Shown piece by piece: positions 58,701-64,000 of a DNA stretch of 64,000 bases (positions are counted from its first letter, which is position 1; every line of letters begins with the position of its first letter). The notes beneath the pieces were generated by a model, which did no database searches, was not told the DNA's origin, and saw only the letters and a list, made by a program, of their open reading frames with translations. Origin of the DNA: Eledone cirrhosa (Eukaryota); NCBI GenBank assembly GCA_964016885.1, contig OZ024744.1:85808001-85872000 (forward strand). Direction: 5' to 3'. Position numbers and translations under genes: made by a program.

Positions 58701-60602
58701 TTGCGATTGCTCGGTCGGGGCATAAACGGCCACCAGTCTGAAGGCTCCACCCTCAATACTGTTCACGTATAGGACTACCAGTCTACCCTCCGGGTCCAAG
58801 TGTACTTTCTGTACTTCGACGTCCAGGTTCTTCCGAAACATGAAAGCCACTCCACCTCCTGGATGCGTAGATCTCAAAGTTGTTGAAGATGGGGGTTAGT
58901 TGCTGCCTGTTGTGGATCCTGGACTCGGTGATGGCTATCACTCGGTGATAGCTATACCATGTGACCTAATGTCGTTTAAAAGTTGGCCCTGTTTCCAGGG
59001 CATCCCTCGGTCACGCACATTCACGCTTCCAACTCATAAACTAGCCATGTTGGTGAAGAAGAGTTGGAGAAAAAGGACGAAAGGTGCACTTACCTTTTCG
59101 TTTCCTGGAGATCGGGTTGTTCAATCTCCATTTGGGTTGTGGATGGGGTGTTGGGTGGGGTGGGGAAACATTTTAACAGGACGCGGTTGATGGGTTTCTG
59201 GCAGGTGTTGCCAACGTCCTGTGATAATTTATTTTTCAGGTCATTATAGGTTTCCATAGAAACCCTTATAAGTTTAAGGTGTGGAGACGATTCTGCTTTG
59301 ACGAAAGTTTTGCCCTCCGTCCCCACCTTGGGGTTTTGGGAGCTGACCTCCATCAAACTCTTGTTGTTTGCATTGATGTATGTGTATTGTTGTTTGTGTT
59401 TTTGTTGTGTTGTTTTAGTTTGTAGTTAGGCGGATGTTTGACTGTGGTGTTGTTTGTGTTGTTGTTTGTGTCTGTGGTTGTGTGTTCGTGTTGGTGATTG
59501 GAGTTTTGGGGGGTTTTGTGGTGTCCCTTTTTTTGTTTTTTAGATTTCCGCGACTCCCCATCTTCTTCAGAAGGAGAAGCAGTTTCATCCGTCGATGAAT
59601 AACCATCGTCAGGAGTGTGGGGTAGGGGTATGTTGTGTGGTGGTGGTGTTTCGGTGTGTGTGTTTATGGTAGTGTTTGATGGAGTGGGATGGAGAGGGGA
59701 TGTGTTCTCAGGGCTGTTGTCTGTTTTTTCTGTTGTTGTTGGTTGAGTGGCTGTTTGTTTTGGTATAGTTGCTCGTTTCGTCTGTTGTTTTAGTTGTGGT
59801 GGTGGTGGTTGTTTTGGTGTTGGTGTTGGTAATAGTGTTTTTTTAATGATGTTGTTGTGGTGTGTTTGTGAAGGACAGGAGGCTTTTAGGTGTGTTGTGC
59901 TACCACAGCGAAAGCAATGACATTTTCACCCTTCTACCGAAATCTATATTTTGTTGTCGTCGTCGATGACGACTTTTTCGGGTGTTTTGGAGATTCTCTC
60001 CGACCTCATTTGCAACAGAATCTCTAAATCAGTACCCGCCCACGTTTGTCAAATAGACTTTCGTATCGAAAGAATCGTATCGGTTTCTGGCTCTACGAAG
60101 CCAGCCAAGATCCAACAGATGTTAATGTTTGGTGGTATATGTTTTATTTTTATTTTTTGTGTCCTTTTTCCCATGTATGTAGGTAAAAAGGAATGCTTTT
60201 GACACCATAGGGAAAAAGGAATGCTTTTGACACAATTGTCACAGAATGTTTTTGGGCGAGTGCCTCGCCTTTAAACAGTACGGAAACACTTCCGTACTGT
60301 TTTCCTCGTTGGAGAAAGTCGATATTTGCTAGAATTTCCTTGAAAGTAGGTTCTATATTTGTTTGACTAACAAATATCGGCTTTCATGAGGTACTGGATA
60401 CAGTCCTAAAGGTCGCTGTCCTTCGAACTGTGTCTTCTTTTATTTCGAGGGGTGAGTTAATTCTAAACCCACCCTTCTCTTCGAAAGTTACAAATTTTCT
60501 CCCTTGCTGGAGCATATCTCTTGCATTGAAGATGTCAAGATTTATAAAATCTTGTTTTTTGTTCACTGTTTCAGCGAAAGACATTTTTTTGTGTGGTGTT
60601 GC

Positions 60603-60642
<40 letters not shown>

Positions 60643-61167
60643 ATCGTTGTTAGCCTCGGTGTTGGAAATCTCAGTTCCTTGACGAGGTGAAACTTTATGT
60701 GTAGATGTATCTGTGGAGTTGTTGATGTTGACTTTTTCATGTGTATGTATGTTAAGGGGTTTAATTCCTGAGTTTTCTTTTCTCTCCGCTTCGACGGTAG
60801 AAATTGTACAATCTTCAAGTAGTAATATTTTTTCCTCTTTGTTGACAGTCGTATCTACGGCGACGTTGATAGTAGCAGAGAGCAGATATAACGTTAAAAT
60901 CTGCCTCTTTCTCTTTCCTTTCTCTGTCGACGTTCTCTAGCGTTTTTTCCGTGTTATTCATGTTTTATAGTTGGCAAAATTTGATATTTTTAAATAATTT
61001 TCAAATTAAATTTTCGCCCCTAAAGGGGCGAAAAATGGGATTACCACCCAGCTGACAATTCCGCTTGGGGGTTAATCTACAAAATAATATGTCTTTTCAA
61101 ACAATTTGTTCTGTTTTTCGTATATAAATTTACAAAAAATCTTACCGGCGATATTCCATGCGTCAGG
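55726..61167 (-). mobile_element. Near full-length Tx1/L1-type LINE (second, diverged copy)
   Basis: ORF1 remnants with the CCHC knuckle CFRCGSTTHLKASC (about 59875-59920). ORF2 from ATG 59048 with APE motifs, IQQGCP, YADD and VKLLGVWF. Many frameshifts. Confidence 0.93.
59041..59093 (-). other. Candidate 53-nt GT-AG intron joining ORF1 to ORF2 in frame
   Basis: AG|GTAAGT, a pyrimidine tract, and first downstream AG at GCTAG|T. Confidence 0.4.
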
Positions 61168-61168
61168 C

Positions 61169-61231
<63 letters not shown>

Positions 61232-61232
<1 letters not shown>

Positions 61233-61378
61233 TTCTTTATTTGCCACAAGGGCGCACAAGAAAAGGGGACACAAGAAAAGGGAACACATACCGGGGATTT
61301 TACATACAGTCGTGTAAAAATATTATTAAAACAAACAAATTTCACAATCGAAATCGCTAACAGGTAGGAGGCGTTACA
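61232..61378 (-). mobile_element. Tx1/L1-type LINE 3' UTR fragment with (TATC)n tail at 61168-61231
   Basis: TTTCTTTATTTGCCACAAGGGCGCACAAG is identical to the 3' end at 55727. Confidence 0.85.
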
Positions 61379-61810
61379 AGATAGATAGAAAGATAAATAG
61401 ATAGATGTCTATTATTCCGTGTGTTACTAATATGTATTTATAGGTAACGCTATGCGCCATCGTTGATTCACTTCATTTTACGCAACAGCCTCTTATGATC
61501 CTCTTTTTCCCAACCGATTTAATTTTTGTTTTCTCTCTTCCTCTCATTTTCAAACTTTTTGAAACTTTTTTTCTTTATTACTACCTTATTGTCTTTGAGC
61601 AAGACACTTCATTTCACGTTACTTCAGTCCATTCGACTGAAGAGAAATGAGTACTAGGACACCGGACAGACTTAACATTCAGCGTAACTATGCCAAGCTG
61701 TATCCAAGTGTATGAAAGTTTGTTCACCAGAATGTTTGGTTAATAGAAGCATATCTCTGTATCCTTGTCGGTTAAGAAAATTAGAGAGAATAACATATGC
61801 TTGTGTGTTT

Positions 61811-61970
<160 letters not shown>

Positions 61971-62243
61971 AAACCAAAGTGTACAAATGGATAAATATTA
62001 ATATCAAGAATCGAACTTTCGTTAATGAGACAATCTTATATAATTAATCAATTACACAAGACATTTCCTATCAGTAATTAATGTTGAGTGGGGACAAAAA
62101 CTCACATATTGAATGTTGGCTAACTTGGCATGAACTGCGACTATCTTAGCCAAAGGTAAGCTAAAAGTAGTCCATCTCAAGCTGTGAAGCATCTCAGCCG
62201 TTTGTATTCTAAAAATCAGGAGTGTGAATATACAATGTAAATA

Positions 62244-62880
62244 TCTATATATATAAAGTTGCATTCCTGTCTGTTTGTTTGTTTGATTGTTTGTTTGTTC
62301 ACGAACTCCTCCTATGGTTTTGGAGATAGACCCCCATAACCATATACATTCTGAAACTACATTGTCAAGGGTACTTCGATAAGTATATTTCATTTTAATC
62401 AAAGGGTTCCCCGGGGGGCACAAACACCCACTGAAAATGTTTTCCCTTCGATTTATATGAAATTTAAACCATAGGTAAATGACAAGATATGATGACTATT
62501 CACAAAAGTTTTGAATTGATATTTTGAAAAAAATAATTTACAAGAAACAAAAAAGAATAAGATTTGATAATGTAATTTTGATTTGATATATTACAAAAAA
62601 TAATTGTTTCTACTATTGGCACAAGGCCAGCAATTGCGCAGTACATTACTGGTACTTTATTTTATCGACTCCGTAAGGATGAAAGGCAAAGTTAACCTCG
62701 GCGGGATTATGTTACAAAAAATAATGTTTTCCAATTTTTCATGCATTACATTTTATATTGAGTAATATTGAAATGCAAAGATTTTCTTCTTAAATTATAT
62801 CACTGATTTAAAATTAATCATCATTTTCTTATAAAAAAAAAATGTATGAGACGCAGCAAGGCACGGGTAATTCGGCTAGT
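62244..62880 (+). mobile_element. Non-autonomous Helitron-like element carrying a SINE fragment (62603-62707)
   Basis: Starts A|TCTATATATATAAA followed by (GTTT)n; ends GCACGGGTAATTCGGCTAG|T. Confidence 0.55.
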
Positions 62881-62984
62881 CTATCTATAAAGATATCGAC
62901 TTGTTGATTAATAACTCTTCGATTCACTTTTTCATTCTCTGACGGCAACCCAGGTGTAAATGTAGTTGCACTTTCTGAGAGAAT

Positions 62985-64000
62985 ATGGCGTTTCCTATCC
63001 ATCTCAGAGAAAGAGTTGCCGGAACCTCAGTGCGGGTTTCGAACGTCGAACGTCCAGAGGAATAATTGACATGATTTTCTCTGCAAGACAGCTGTGGGGG
63101 AAAATGCAGAGTACGACAGAAACCTTTTTAGCTTGTCTTCAATGATCTCGAAAAAGCTTTCGACTCCGTACCACGCACATCTATATAGATGGTGCTGAGG
63201 CTATTTGGTTACATTGATCGTTTTGTAGCAATCTTCTAGGCATTCAACGATGATTGGTTGGACAGATGATATGTCAAAACAACATAGAAGTTTCCTCCAT
63301 CACTAATTGCTTACAACAAGGACGTGTACAGGCTCTAACCTTGTTCTTTAACTACCTTGCAGCCATCATTCCCGAAATCCCACCTACCTGCTTTGATCAC
63401 GTACTGCTCGTTGTTTGACTTTACAAACTGCACTGATTCCGGTCATAAAATTAACCAACAAGACTTATATCACTGAACTACATACAGCACGCTGACAACG
63501 ATGCCTCGCCAACTCATTCATACCGAATAAATGCAGGAATCAGGTATTAACTTCAAAATGCGTATAACTTTGATCCTAAAGTCAACATCCAGAAGACCAG
63601 TATACTTGCACAACCTGCTCCAAATTCAACTCTTACAGATTTTAATATCACAATCTCCAATACACTAATGGAAAAATGAGACCAGTTCAAGTATCTCGAA
63701 AGCAACTTCTCTATACGATGTAACTGAGAAAAACTTCGTGAACAGGATCTGAGCTGCCTATGTAGCTTTCGGAAAACGTTTCCATCATTTCCCCGTAAGC
63801 AAAACTTGAAACTTCAAACTAAGCTCATGGTGTATCGAGCTGTAGTTGTTACCACTTTACTCTATGCCAGTAAATCGTGGGCTTTGAACTGCCTAAAACT
63901 GGAACGATTTCATCAACAGAAACTCCGATCAGTTACAAGCATCAAATAAGATGACTATGTCAGCAACCTTGCAGTTCTTGACAGGGTTAAGGCCAACAGA
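62985..64000 (+). mobile_element. Decayed RTE-BovB-like LINE RT fragment
   Basis: LPEPQCGFR, DMIFSARQL, DLEKAFDSVPR, LQQGRVQA, FKYL and TKLMVYRAVVVTTLLYASKSW; many stops. Confidence 0.85.

Noticed and set aside
62060-62160. Exon-like segment ending AAG|GTAAG
   Set aside because: Stops in all frames and no clear acceptor.

Overview
Repeat-saturated, AT-rich animal genomic DNA. The long (TA)n/(CA)n/(GATA)n tracts and the SINE type suggest a cephalopod such as Octopus (inference). No intact host gene is supported, and most ORFs in the track are microsatellite artefacts. The window holds decayed mobile elements: four Penelope-like elements (RT plus GIY-YIG), a head-to-tail cluster of Tx1/L1-type LINEs separated by (TATC)n, RTE LINE fragments, a Chapaev3-like DNA transposon, a hAT MITE, Helitron-like pieces and tRNA-derived SINEs. 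Highlights: (1) a 6.6-kb array of a near-identical 466-bp non-coding unit (10 copies one way, 4 inverted). Each unit carries a type I hammerhead ribozyme and an octamer motif, and two diverged relatives in the window show compensatory stem changes, so this looks like a retrozyme-like family. (2) Many further hammerhead motifs, several with large stem II insertions. (3) A candidate tiny intron that would fuse ORF1 to ORF2 in frame in both long Tx1-like copies. (4) Recurrent fold-back duplications centred on (TA)n tracts or on ribozymes. All assignments were made by eye, without alignment or database search.
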